From NCBI RefSeq assembly GCF_009914755.1, contig NC_060928.1: DNA of 64,000 bases. One strand, 5' to 3'. Both the position numbers and the translations under genes were made by a program. This document shows, in pieces, positions 46,940-64,000 of this stretch. A model generated the notes under the pieces. It ran no database searches, was not told the DNA's origin, and saw only the letters and a program-made list of their open reading frames with translations. This stretch comes from the human T2T-CHM13v2.0 reference genome, Homo sapiens. The number at the start of each line of letters is the position of its first letter. Positions within the stretch are counted from its first letter, which is position 1.

Positions 46940-47211
46940 AGCTCCCTCAGGCTCCCAGGGCGGCAACCTCCTCCTCCATGTTGGGCTCTGCCAGCAGGCA
47001 AGGGAAGAGCTCCCTCAGGCTCCCAGGGCTGCAACCTCCTCCTCCATGTTGGGCTCTGCCAGCAGCCAAGGGAAGAGCTCCCTCAGGCTCCCAGGGCTGC
47101 AACCTCCTCCTCCATGTTGGGCTCTGCCAGCAGGCAAGGGAAGAGCTCCCTCAGGCTCCCAGGGCTGCAACCTCCTCCTCCATGTTGGGCTCTGCCAGCA
47201 GCCAAGGGAAG
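46940..47211. repeat. Minisatellite, 4 x 68 bp
   Basis: agctccctcaggctcccagggc.gcaacctcctcctccatgttgggctctgccagcag.caagggaag at 46940, 47008, 47076 and 47144. Confidence 0.95.
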
Positions 47212-47599
47212 CAGCACAGGCAGCGGGGGACAGGAAGCCACCCGGGGCCATAGGGATCCCCAAACGCCCCAGAGCTATTCTCTGTAGAAAGGGCGGTGTG
47301 GCAAGGACCAGGTATGGAGCTGGGTTCCACAGAGAGGTGACAGCCACTTCTGTATCTCTAAATTTCCCCCGGGATCCATGATCCAGCCCTGCTTTCCCCC
47401 AGGCCCTTCACCCACCCTGCCCCCACTGTGTGTTAGGCAGCTCGGGTTAAAATGGGAGAAAAATATATTCAGATTGTAGCCTCCAAGTTTTCCCATCTGG
47501 GCTGCAGAGAGTAGAGAAGGAAGTCGGGGCCTGTGGCGGTGCCTTTTGCTGTGCCTGAGGGCAGGAAGGCCAGGGCTGGGCACATGGATGTCTCCGGGA

Positions 47600-50500
47600 C
47601 CACCACTGCTGACTCCCTCCCCTCACCTGAAGCTACAACCAGCCCAGGCTATCACGATTAATAAAACCACTGCAGCTCTCATCCTGTCACAAAACTAATG
47701 TGCACCCAACTGCAGCCCTACACAGATCCCTGGCTTCCTATCCCAGAACACAGAAAATCCTCTTATCTTTTTTACTTAAAACCTGGACTTTAAGCCAGAT
47801 TGGGCCTGGGGATAGTGGCAGCAAAAGCAACAGCCAGATGTATACACTCCAGATGTATACACTCAAGGGCATGGGCACATTCCACACTTGCTGAAGAATG
47901 AGAGGCCTGAGAGACACCTGTTTCCCAGCTGCTAGCTGATGTCTACACACCCCATTCATGTGTCTTCATTTAGGCCTCTGCATCATGTATTTGTTCAGCC
48001 AGTGCAAACACATCTTCTGGGGGGCATCATTGATTGCAGCACCAGCCCCACTTGTTTCGGGAGGGAGTCAGGAGGAATCTGGTCAGCTCCTAATCCCCCA
48101 GGACAAAGGTGCTGCCCCCTTTTCAGCACTCACATCCAGCAGCACCATCTTGGGATGGTTTTTCAAACACAAGTAGCATGAGGTAGCAAGCATGGTGTGA
48201 CAGGCTCAGGGCCATAGGCAGCCGGCTGCTGGAGAAGCAGCACAGGGCAGGCACATCTGTGGGTGGCACCCTGACAAGCCAAGGCAGCCACAGCCCCTAC
48301 CCCCAACAGCCCCAGCCCAGATGGCATTCAGATCTTCCCGGATAGTATTGGGGTTCCCAATGCCCATCACTCCCCTGCTTATTAGCACTGCCTTGTGTTG
48401 GTTACTCAGGGACTAAGGAGAGGGGGTGGGGGATGTAGATCCAGGGTGGGCACTGCCTCACAGCCAGAGTCCACCTGACTGCAGGCCAGCAAGCAAGCCC
48501 AGCAGCTCAGCTCTAGACACTTAGCCTCACCACCTCTGGCTACACTTCCTACGTATACTTTATGCAAAGGTAGAAAAAGAGGTCAGTATTAGCTGTTGTG
48601 ACATAAAAGTCTATGCCCCATTAAGACCTTCTTAAAATGCTGTTGCCTTAAGCCCTCTTTCTTCTAATAAAATTTATACAAATACATACATACAAGCTGA
48701 AACTACTATAAATGAAATATTAGGATTTTTTAAACCCATAGACAAACACTAAAACAGTCACTGTTTGAATGCAGAGAAAGTGGGAGTCTAAAGCAGCTGA
48801 CCCCAAAACAGCCTTACCAAGCCCAAGGCCAGGCCAGGCAGTCTGAACACTACAAGGTCACGTGATGGTCACAGAGGATGACAGCTCCCATGAGTATTCT
48901 CAGGCACTGTGTTAGCTTCTCACTCACAGAGTCTCAGAATGCCTCCTCACCAATACCCTGTGAGGGAAGGCCCCACCTCACTACAGCACGAGAGGTTCCT
49001 GAGCTCTTCCCAGAAAATGGTTATCAAAGGGTGGAGCTGGGGGAAGCCCAGACAGAACAAGTGAGTCCCCAGGGTCTCCTTAACCTCCCTCAGCTCCTCC
49101 ACATGGGGCCCTGAGGGAAAGTGAGCGGCCTCCTAACCCCTTTGATAGGGTTCCAGTACTGCAGGTCTGGACCTCCTCATTTTCTGGAACCACAGGAGGC
49201 GACAATGCAAACCCAGGCCCCTTATTTGCCGTCCCTCAATGCCAGGCCAGGCCCAGAGCCCTGTGCTGACACAGCCCAGGGGATGCTCGAGGCCCACCTC
49301 AGCACAGTCACCAATAGCGTAGTGAGATGAGCAAGGAGGTGCAAGTAGGCACAAATCCCCATGGACATGGCCTCAGGCATGTTCCACAGGCTCAGGGTCT
49401 CCCTGATGAGCTCACAGCCCTCCTTCAGGGGTCCTGCAGAGCACACACCCAGGGAGCAGTGCTCAGATGAGCAGGCAGGCCCCAGATTCCCCACCCCAGG
49501 ATGATCTGTTCCACTTTGCAGGGCTGCTGCATTGGCCAGTCCCCACTGCTTTCTGGTGGGATGTTTGAGTTGAAGTGAATGTTGAAGGGCATAGAGCTGA
49601 TGGGGCTGACTGCCTTGCAGATGTTGTAAATCACCTCCTGGCTCCACGGGTCAGCTGTGGAGACACAGCTTGATGGGAGGTAGCCCCACTCCACCATCAG
49701 TGGTGCTGGGCTGCCCTGATCTGCACCTTCCAGCTCCTTGCTGAGATGTCTGCATGTTTCTCTAAGGGACTGGGTCACGAGACACCCCTGGCAAGGCCCA
49801 GCTGGCAGAATAGGCTGGACACTCTCCCTCAGCCTCCCCAGCAGCCCGGGCTGTGCTGTCACCTGTGCTGATGATCTCACTTCTCTATCTTAATAACAGC
49901 ACTGATAACTTTTAAGCCCTAGCAAGCTGAAACTGCAAGACAAATGATCTTCTGCCTTAGAAGGGCTATGGCTGGGCAGTGTGTGCCCAGGTGAGAGCCC
50001 TGTGGTTGTTAGTGGAAGTAGGGAGCTGGATAGGCCTGGCCCCATAGCCTAGTGAAAACTAGGGCCCTCTCCTTCCAGAGCATCAAAGTCTTAGAGGCTG
50101 GAAAAAGGTGCTTGTGTGGGCTGCCAAGAAGCAGAAGGCTAGAAGGCTTTGCAAGGAACCCCAACAGACTTCAAGGTGCCTGAGAGGGCTGGGCTTATTC
50201 CAGCTTTCTTTGCTTTCATTCTGTTAGCAAGAAAACCTGCTCACAGATGGCAGGTGGGCCTGAGGCTGCCAGTCACTCACCAGAGGCTATAGGTGCCTCG
50301 ATTGTGGCTGTTTCTTGAAGCAGCTGCTCAGGCCGGTTATTGCAGAGCAGTTCCCTCATTATCCACAGGTCCTTGTTCCAGCCCCGGCTCTGCAAAGGGA
50401 CTAGGGAGGGACTAGGCAAGGGCTCAGCCTGTGCCTCACAACCTGCTCTGAGATATCTCTTTTGTTACTTCCTCATGGACAGCCTCAAACTTCCAAATGA

Positions 50501-52085
50501 ACAGACCAGCATGGAGCCTCCAGGAAAGTGCATAGAATTCTATCTGGTACCCAGAGGGAAGGGGGTTCCCAGTGAGGGCAGGACCAGGCTTCATGCACCT
50601 CTTCAGGAATGTTCTCCTCATAGTCCAGCCTCAAGGTGTGCATCCTCTGTGTGCATGGAGTCCATGGCAGGCTCTGCCTGGGGAGCCGTCCAGCTGCACA
50701 CCTGCAATGTGGTGGTGACCCTCATGAATGGGTGGTTCTGGGCCCCATGGCTGGCAGCAGAGAGGGAGATGTTCAGCCACCAAGCCCAGAGCCCTGCCAC
50801 AGGCTTCTGTGAGGCCTCCATCTGCTCTGGGTTCTTGCCCTGAGAGGCTGCCCTGAAGTCAAACAGAAGCAGGTGGGCCTCTCTTCCAGGGCTGCTCTCT
50901 CCCCCACTGACAGCTCCCTAGAGGGAGACTCAGACAGCGGGGACAGATTCCTCAGGCATAAGCACTGGAGTTTAGGCTGGCCAGTTCATTCCATACGCCC
51001 ACATGACATGACACAAGGCAGAGGCTGTGGGACAAAGGTATTGCCTTTTCTTCTGGCATGAGGAATGGCTTAGGAAGCAGGGGATGGTGGGGCTGGGGTT
51101 GAGTGATGGGCTGTGGGCCACAAGGAGTGGGTGGGCGCTGAGAAAGTGTCCTGGTTGTCTGTCCATAGACGCAGAATGAGTGGCATCCCAGGAGCCTGTG
51201 AGGGGCTGGCAGAGACTTACTGGTTCCAGTAAAAGCCCCATGTGGATGCAGTAATGCTGCCTGCTGGTCCTTGGCTGTAATTACAAACAGGTACATGAGG
51301 TACCCATGCATCTTGAAGCTCTCAGGGAGTGGGTTCCAGCTGCTCATGGTAGGCACTTTTAGTCACTGAACATGCTTCAGGCATGTCCAAGCTTGATTAA
51401 GCCAGGCATCTTGCTGTGAGGCCCTCCACTTCACTAAGAACACTCTTCCTTGCTTCCCCTGGAAGTTGGACCTTCCAGTTCTGGTTCTGGAGACACGATG
51501 GCCCCTCCTGGACCCCTGGGAGAATGTGCTCAGGTGACACACAGTTGATGGGGCCCATTTCCAAGCCATTCTTCCATTTCCCACTGTTTGAGGGACCCGA
51601 GGCCGGTGACAAGCACAGAGCCACCCAAGGCCAGCTGTCTGCACCTAAATGTGATGCTTGTCTGGATGTCTCAGGGCCAGAACCCTCCAGGTGAGATGGC
51701 CTGGTCCTCACCACCTGGCGTCCGTGCTCCCTTTTCCTCTGTTCAATCCTGGCGCCAATGCCTCCCTCAACTCTCAGGTCACCATTGGAGAAGATGCTCA
51801 GGAAGAACAAGCAGCTGCAGTTAACCCTGCTGAAAGTGGCAGATGGGTCCAGGCTCTTGAGCTCGTCTTGGACATGGAACATGTGGATACAGGCTTTGAG
51901 CAGTGTGTGTAGCTCTTTCAGGAAGGAAGGGAAAAGGGTGTTACCCGGGTCCTACACCCTGGAACGACCCTTCTCAGACAGTAAATAGTTGGCAGGGTGC
52001 GGTCATGTGTGATTTTAGTTTTCAACTTTAGGCTTTCATTTTCAAATTCCACAATAAACACATAAGGTGGAGTTCTGGTTTCAGC

Positions 52086-52120
<35 letters not shown>

Positions 52121-53350
52121 CACACAGTCTCTCTCTCTGTATGTCTCTTTCTGTCTCTCTCTCTCTCCTTCCTGCAAGGATCCTTGTTAACAAGAAACCT
52201 TCTGCCAAATGCCTCTGAAGCACAGGCAGGTCTTGGGGAGCCACAAGGCCACTTCCTCTTTGTGCACTAGTGTCTTGGGTAGGCATAGCTTTCAGAGCTC
52301 TGGGGCCTCCACAACCTTGCCCTGCTGTCCAGGGGCAGCCCTCATGCAGGGGTGTCCTAAGAACTTTTCAGGATGCACAAGTTCAGCACTGTCTTCCAAT
52401 GTGTGTTTCACGATATTTTAATGGTGGTTCTTTTGGGAAAAAGGAAAGGTTCTGTGATCAATTATGGGACACATTGAGCTACAGATCTTTTTCACAATTG
52501 CTCTTAACAAGCAGGTAGACCCTGAGAACATGAGTAGCTTCCCCGCAGGTAACTTGAGTGCATGAGAACTTTTGCTTTACAACCATGCCAATCTCACCTC
52601 AGCAGTTGGCAGTGCTGCACGGGGCAGACTTCCCTACTCAAAGGCTGTGAAGCTTTTCTTTCTTTTTTTTTAAACATTATTTTTCTTTATAGAATTTTGT
52701 TGGGCTGATATCAAGCCTGGCTTGGTACTGCCTCATTTTTTTTGGAATCAGAACGCTGTTCTTTAACTCACGGGTTGTGAAGTTAGAAGGTGCTGGTGTG
52801 ACAGCCTGACAAGCAGAGCGCAGCTCCAATCCCACCTTCATGCTCTCATCTGACGCAGAGCCCTCAGAGAAGTGGGGAAGTGCTTCCTGGCCCTGCTTCT
52901 GGGGGCCGTCCCCAAGGCAGTCCACCGAACTTCCAAAACAGCCTTCCCTCACACACAGCCCTGAGCCCTCCTGCCGCTCCTCAATGTTGCACATCTCTGA
53001 GAAGTGGTCCAGCATGTTGCTGTCCAGGGGCAGTGAGAAGCAGGTGCGGTGACACATGTCTTCACGGACCATGAGCACCGGGTAAATCTCCTGCACAATC
53101 TCCTTGGGGGACACCTTGAGGGAGAAAGCCCCAACAACTGATGGCATGCCACATGGCAGAAAGCAAAGACTTACCCTTTCCCCAGCCCAAAGTCCTGAGA
53201 ATCATGCCAAAAATCCTTGGTTTCCCACTTTTTAAAAATTTTAAAATTAAAATCCCAGGTTCCGCGTATACATGCCATGCCCACCTGCACCTGTGTGTGT
53301 GTGTGTGTTTGTGCACGCAGGACAGAGCCTGGCCCATTGACTATTCCTGC
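47600..53350 (-). pseudogene. CLUHP4: Unprocessed (intron-containing), fragmented CLUH pseudogene
   Basis: Colinear CLUH-like peptides: [32 protein letters not shown] (~53100), HVQDELKSLDPSATFSRVNC (~51850), [27 protein letters not shown] (~51300), ADPWSQEVIYNICKAV (~49620), TPR-like exon at ~48130-48250; boundaries approximate. Confidence 0.85.
52066..52226. repeat. 4q/10q SSLP haplotype marker: (CA)10AA(CA)10 plus CT tracts
   Basis: Compound microsatellite bounded by GGTGGAGTTCTGGTTTCAGC and CAAATGCCTCTGAAGCACAGG (SSLP primer sites as I recall them); span is 161 bp. Confidence 0.8.
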
Positions 53351-53559
53351 AGACCAAGAAAAATCCCTATGCAGAGTAAGGGGAGATGGAAGAAACGAGG
53401 GAGAGAAAATGGCAGCCTTGCCTCCTCCCTTGCCCAGTGCTAAGGTCCCCAGGGCAAATGGCTTTTGCCTTCAACTTCACCTTAACAACATACAAAATAT
53501 ATTCATTTTTACTTCCGTCACTTTCTTAACATTACAAATTGTATCTTTATATATGATTT

Positions 53560-54700
53560 GTATTTTCACAGAGATTTAAGAATTTAATGCACCATTATAG
53601 TAGAAAATTGTATATCTGTGTATATATTTACATTGAACAGAGAGCTTTATATTTTCATGTGGTTTTATGATGCTGTCCAGCATCATTTAATTTTTCAACA
53701 TAATTAACTCTCTTTAGCATTTTTTTTCCTAGGGTTATTCTAGTAGTTAACAACCTCAGCTTTTTTATTTTAATCTTTGAAAGTCTTTATTTTTTTCTAA
53801 TTTTTGAAATACAGTATTTCCCAGATCAATTATTATTGGTTGCTAGTATTTTTTCTTTCATCGCTTTGAAATCTGGAAAGTTCTTAGCATCCCCGCTTTT
53901 TCTCTGAAATAATGTTTATGCCATTTTCTCCCTCTATTCTTTTTAAAAGACTCTATCTCTGAATGTATTGGTCTACTTGATGGTGTCCAGTAAGTCTTAT
54001 ATTTCACCCGTAATTTTCCCATTCTTTAAAATATTAGTTTCCAGGACTCAATATTTGTGAATAATATATGTTCAATTTTCTTTTTTCTGCTCCATTGTTT
54101 GCTGTTGTGTCTCTGTAGTGAATTTATAAAACTCAGTTATTATATTCTTCAACTCTATGATTTCTGTTGGGTTTTTAAAAATAGTTTTTATCTCTTTGTT
54201 GATATTTTGCTCATTCGTTATTTTTAAATTTCACTCAGTTGTCTCTTTCTGTTATAGTTTTGCTCACTGAGAATGCATAAGATGATTATTTTAAGTTCTC
54301 CATCAGATATGCAAAAATCTTTATTTGTTAAAATTCAGTTTCTGAATATTTATGTTTTTCTTCCAATGGGGAATATTTTCTGCCTTCTCTGTGTGCCTTG
54401 TGATTTTTTTTTTTAAAGAGATCTGGGGATCTATACAGCACTCATCAAATCTAGCATTTAAAGACTGGCTCAGTAAAGGGGGATACCGACAGCAATAGTC
54501 CAGGCTATAGATTCTAGGTGCTTCACAAACACATTCCCAAATATATTTTCTCTGGACTTCGCTGTGTTTCCAAGTTAAAGAGAATTTTTTCTCAATGTAT
54601 TTTAGATTCTATTGTATATTTTCTTCCCCAGTTGGCTGTCTGTGGTATTGCAGTTTCACTAGTGCTGTAGCAAACACTCATCTTTCTTCTCAGCAGACAC
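53560..54700 (-). mobile_element. Old AT-rich L1 remnant
   Basis: T-rich sequence typical of antisense L1 ORF1 region. Confidence 0.55.
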
Positions 54701-55354
54701 AAACTGTCATCTATATGACTCCATCATGTCCTTCAGCACTCCACATCAGGAGAGAAAGAATCTAGTCATTAGACAATTTATCAAAAAGCCAAACATTTCA
54801 ACACATATTCTACTGTTTTAATTCTCTCCTGAAGGAGATACTGGGAGTTGGGCATTTTCTCATTAGCCCAGTTACTGTTCTGGGTGAAAAAATAAACTGC
54901 AGTGGACAGGCTGTAAGCCAGACTTCATCAAATTTCTGCACCAATGAAAAAAAAATTTACAAGAGAAAAACAAAAAACCCTATTAAACGTCACGGACAAG
55001 GCCAGAGTTTGAATATACTGTGGTCATCTCTGCTCCAGTGCAAACTGTTTCCAGAAAGCCTACTTCTATTTTCCTTGCTGTAACAGAGGAACATTTCCTG
55101 TCTTATGTTTATTCTACTCTGCAATCCCCTAAGGCTTTTTCTCTCCCTCCCAGAATCTTAAAGTGCATTCGAACTCACAGGCAAAATCCTCCCAGAATCT
55201 TGTGAGAACATAAATGATCTGACTAGTTTGGCATTGCTTTTGGGGATCTGGGAAAATCTGTGCACACTTCTGGAGACCCTTGTCATGCCATTTTTTATAA
55301 ATCTATTGTGCCTCAAGTCAGAAGTGTGTGAGGGGAGATGGGGAGACATTGGGA
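54700..55354. other. D4F104S1 (p13E-11) / non-deleted element region
   Basis: Unique DNA directly proximal to D4Z4; EcoRI site (50535) lies 5.7 kb before the first KpnI site and BlnI site (53728) lies ~3.2 kb after EcoRI, as in the FSHD Southern-blot map. Confidence 0.7.
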
Positions 55355-56037
55355 TGCGCGCGCCTGGGGCTCTCCCACAGGGGGCTTTCGTGAGCCAGGC
55401 AGCGAGGGCCGCCCCCGCGCTGCAGCCCAGCCAGGCCGCGACGGCAGAGGGGGTCTCCCAACCTGCCCCGGCGCGCGGGGATTTCGCCTACGCCGCCCCG
55501 GCTCCTCCGGACGGGGCGCTCTCCCACCCTCAGGCTCCTCGGTGGCCTCCGCACCCGGGCAAAAGCCGGGAGGACCGGGACCCGCAGCGCGACGGCCTGC
55601 CGGGCCCCTGCGCGGTGGCACAGCCTGGGCCCGCTCAAGCGGGGCCGCAGGGCCAAGGGGTGCTTGCGCCACCCACGTCCCAGGGGAGTCCGTGGTGGGG
55701 CTGGGGCCGGGGTCCCCAGGTCGCCGGGGCGGCGTGGGAACCCCAAGCCGGGGCAGCTCCACCTCCCCAGCCCGCGCCCCCGGACGCCTCCGCGCGGCAG
55801 GGGCAGATGCAAGGCATCCCGGCGCCCTCCCAGGCGCTCCAGGAGCCGGCGCCCTGGTCTGCACTCCCCTGCGGCCTGCTGCTGGATGAGCTCCTGGCGA
55901 GCCCGGAGTTTCTGCAGCAGGCGCAACCTCTCCTAGAAACGGAGGCCCCGGGGGAGCTGGAGGCCTCGGAAGAGGCCGCCTCGCTGGAAGCACCCCTCAG
56001 CGAGGAAGAATACCGGGCTCTGCTGGAGGAGCTTTAG
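55354..56037 (+). pseudogene. 5'-truncated DUX4 ORF in the partial first D4Z4 unit (C-terminal part, no homeodomains; open 227 aa from ATG 55354)
   Basis: [10 protein letters not shown]…[12 protein letters not shown]…[11 protein letters not shown]; 6-bp deletion (DASARQG) and two substitutions relative to full units. Confidence 0.85.
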
Positions 56038-57144
56038 GACGCGGGGTTGGGACGGGGTCGGGTGGTTCGGGGCAGGGCGGTGGCCTCTCTTTCGCGGGGA
56101 ACGCCTGGCTGGCTACGGAGGGGCGTGTCTCCGCCCCGCCCCCTCCACCGGGCTGACCGGCCTGGGATTCCTGCCTTCTAGGTCTAGGCCCGGTGAGAGA
56201 CTCCACACCGCGGAGAACTGCCATTCTTTCCTGGGCATCCCGGGGATCCCAGAGCCGGCCCAGGTACCAGCAGGTGGGCCGCCTACTGCGCACGCGCGGG
56301 TTTGCGGGCAGCCGCCTGGGCTGTGGGAGCAGCCCGGGCAGAGCTCTCCTGCCTCTCCACCAGCCCACCCCGCCGCCTGACCGCCCCCTCCCCACCCCCA
56401 CCCCCCACCCCCGGAAAACGCGTCGTCCCCTGGGCTGGGTGGAGACCCCCGTCCCGCGAAACACCGGGCCCCGCGCAGCGTCCGGGCCTGACACCGCTCC
56501 GGCGGCTCGCCTCCTCTGCGCCCCCGCGCCACCGTCGCCCGCCCGCCCGGGCCCCTGCAGCCGCCCAGGTGCCAGCACGGAGCGCCTGGCGGCGGAACGC
56601 AGACCCCAGGCCCGGCGCACACCGGGGACGCTGAGCGTTCCAGGCGGGAGGGAAGGCGGGCAGAGATGGAGAGAGGAACGGGAGACCTAGAGGGGCGGAA
56701 GGACGGGCGGAGGGACGTTAGGAGGGAGGGAGGGAGGCAGGGAGGCAGGGAGGAACGGAGGGAAAGACAGAGCGACGCAGGGACTGGGGGCGGGCGGGAG
56801 GGAGCCGGGGACGGACGGGGGGAGGAAGGCAGGGAGGAAAAGCGGTCCTCGGCCTCCGGGAGTAGCGGGACCCCCGCCCTCCGGGAAAACGGTCAGCGTC
56901 CGGCGCGGGCTGAGGGCTGGGCCCACAGCCGCCGCGCCGGCCGGCGCGGCACCCATTCGCCCCGGTTCCGTGGCCCAGGGAGTGGGCGGTTTCCTCCGGG
57001 ACAAAAGACCGGGACTCGGGTTGCCGTCGGGTTTTCACCCGCGCGGTTCACAGACCGCACATCCCCAGGCTCAGCCCTGCAACGCGGCGCGAGGCCGACA
57101 GCCCCGGCCACGGAGGAGCCACACGCAGGACGACGGAGGCGTGA

Positions 57145-59334
<2,190 letters not shown>

Positions 59335-60440
59335 GACGCGGGGTTGGGACGGGGTCGGGTGGTTCGGGGCAGGGCGGTGGCCTCTCTTTCGCGGGGAACA
59401 CCTGGCTGGCTACGGAGGGGCGTGTCTCCGCCCCGCCCCCTCCACCGGGCTGACCGGCCTGGGATTCCTGCCTTCTAGGTCTAGGCCCGGTGAGAGACTC
59501 CACACCGCGGAGAACTGCCATTCTTTCCTGGGCATCCCGGGGATCCCAGAGCCGGCCCAGGTACCAGCAGGTGGGCCGCCTACTGCGCACGCGCGGGTTT
59601 GCGGGCAGCCGCCTGGGCTGTGGGAGCAGCCCGGGCAGAGCTCTCCTGCCTCTCCACCAGCCCACCCCGCCGCCTGACCGCCCCCTCCCCACCCCCACCC
59701 CCCACCCCCGGAAAACGCGTCGTCCCCTGGGCTGGGTGGAGACCCCCGTCCCGCGAAACACCGGGCCCCGCGCAGCGTCCGGGCCTGACACCGCTCCGGC
59801 GGCTCGCCTCCTCTGCGCCCCCGCGCCACCGTCGCCCGCCCGCCCGGGCCCCTGCAGCCGCCCAGGTGCCAGCACGGAGCGCCTGGCGGCGGAACGCAGA
59901 CCCCAGGCCCGGCGCACACCGGGGACGCTGAGCGTTCCAGGCGGGAGGGAAGGCGGGCAGAGATGGAGAGAGGAACGGGAGACCTAGAGGGGCGGAAGGA
60001 CGGGCGGAGGGACGTTAGGAGGGAGGGAGGGAGGCAGGGAGGCAGGGAGGAACGGAGGGAAAGACAGAGCGACGCAGGGACTGGGGGCGGGCGGGAGGGA
60101 GCCGGGGACGGGGGGAGGAAGGCAGGGAGGAAAAGCGGTCCTCGGCCTCCGGGAGTAGCGGGACCCCCGCCCTCCGGGAAAACGGTCAGCGTCCGGCGCG
60201 GGCTGAGGGCTGGGCCCACAGCCGCCGCGCCGGCCGGCGGGGCACCACCCATTCGCCCCGGTTCCGGGGCCCAGGGAGTGGGCGGTTTCCTCCGGGACAA
60301 AAGACCGGGACTCGGGTTGCCGTCGGGTCTTCACCCGCGCGGTTCACAGACCGCACATCCCCAGGCTGAGCCCTGCAACGCGGCGCGAGGCCGACAGCCC
60401 CGGCCACGGAGGAGCCACACGCAGGACGACGGAGGCGTGA

Positions 60441-62630
<2,190 letters not shown>

Positions 62631-64000
62631 GACGCGGGGTTGGGACGGGGTCGGGTGGTTCGGGGCAGGGCCGTGGCCTCTCTTTCGCGGGGAACACCTG
62701 GCTGGCTACGGAGGGGCGTGTCTCCGCCCCGCCCCCTCCACCGGGCTGACCGGCCTGGGATTCCTGCCTTCTAGGTCTAGGCCCGGTGAGAGACTCCACA
62801 CCGCGGAGAACTGCCATTCTTTCCTGGGCATCCCGGGGATCCCAGAGCCGGCCCAGGTACCAGCAGGTGGGCCGCCTACTGCGCACGCGCGGGTTTGCGG
62901 GCAGCCGCCTGGGCTGTGGGAGCAGCCCGGGCAGAGCTCTCCTGCCTCTCCACCAGCCCACCCCGCCGCCTGACCGCCCCCTCCCCACCCCCACCCCCCA
63001 CCCCCGGAAAACGCGTCGTCCCCTGGGCTGGGTGGAGACCCCCGTCCCGCGAAACACCGGGCCCCGCGCAGCGTCCGGGCCTGACACCGCTCCGGCGGCT
63101 CGCCTCCTCTGCGCCCCCGCGCCACCGTCGCCCGCCCGCCCGGGCCCCTGCAGCCGCCCAGGTGCCAGCACGGAGCGCCTGGCGGCGGAACGCAGACCCC
63201 AGGCCCGGCGCACACCGGGGACGCTGAGCGTTCCAGGCGGGAGGGAAGGCGGGCAGAGATGGAGAGAGGAACGGGAGACCTAGAGGGGCGGAAGGACGGG
63301 CGGAGGGACGTTAGGAGGGAGGGAGGGAGGCAGGGAGGCAGGGAGGAACGGAGGGAAAGACAGAGCGACGCAGGGACTGGGGGCGGGCGGGAGGGAGCCG
63401 GGGACGGGGGGAGGAAGGCAGGGAGGAAAAGCGGTCCTCGGCCTCCGGGAGTAGCGGGACCCCCGCCCTCCGGGAAAACGGTCAGCGTCCGGCGCGGGCT
63501 GAGGGCTGGGCCCACAGCCGCCGCGCCGGCCGGCGGGGCACCACCCATTCGCCCCGGTTCCGGGGCCCAGGGAGTGGGCGGTTTCCTCCGGGACAAAAGA
63601 CCGGGACTCGGGTTGCCGTCGGGTCTTCACCCGCGCGGTTCACAGACCGCACATCCCCAGGCTGAGCCCTGCAACGCGGCGCGAGGCCGACAGCCCCGGC
63701 CACGGAGGAGCCACACGCAGGACGACGGAGGCGTGATTTTGGTTTCCGCGTGGCTTTGCCCTCCGCAAGGCGGCCTGTTGCTCACGTCTCTCCGGCCCCC
63801 GAAAGGCTGGCCATGCCGACTGTTTGCTCCCGGAGCTCTGCGGGCACCCGGAAACATGCAGGGAAGGGTGCAAGCCCGGCACGGTGCCTTCGCTCTCCTT
63901 GCCAGGTTCCAAACCGGCCACACTGCAGACTCCCCACGTTGCCGCACGCGGGAATCCATCGTCAGGCCATCACGCCGGGGAGGCATCTCCTCTCTGGGGT

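Noticed and set aside
46940-47211. 68-bp period equal to the beta-satellite unit length
   Set aside because: The sequence does not resemble Sau3A beta-satellite; the length match appears coincidental.

Overview
This is human subtelomeric 4q35 DNA, the proximal FSHD locus, oriented centromere to telomere on the + strand. In order it holds: ERV and L1 remnants; a degenerate 3-unit 5S rDNA array (two full-length 5S pseudogenes and one truncated) with a HERV-E LTR2 insertion; a degenerate inverted D4Z4 block carrying DUX4c (DUX4L9); FRG2; RARRES2 and AGGF1 retrocopies; an ERV1 remnant; minisatellites; an intron-containing CLUH pseudogene with the SSLP marker; the p13E-11/NDE/DBE-T region; and the start of the D4Z4 array (one partial unit, two full ~3.3-kb units with intact DUX4 ORFs, one unit cut by the window edge). 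The locus is well studied, and I cannot support a wholly new system here. The best leads are: (1) an in-frame DUX4-type activation domain directly behind the single TAG stop of DUX4c; (2) a homeodomain-less, activation-domain-only DUX4 ORF with its own ATG and an upstream TATAAA at the array junction; (3) a direct 5S-rDNA/D4Z4 fusion whose junction was copied into the LTR2; (4) a tandem array of ZNF143/THAP11-type motifs ~15 kb proximal to D4Z4. Repeat family names, paralogue numbers and most repeat boundaries come from eye and memory and are approximate.
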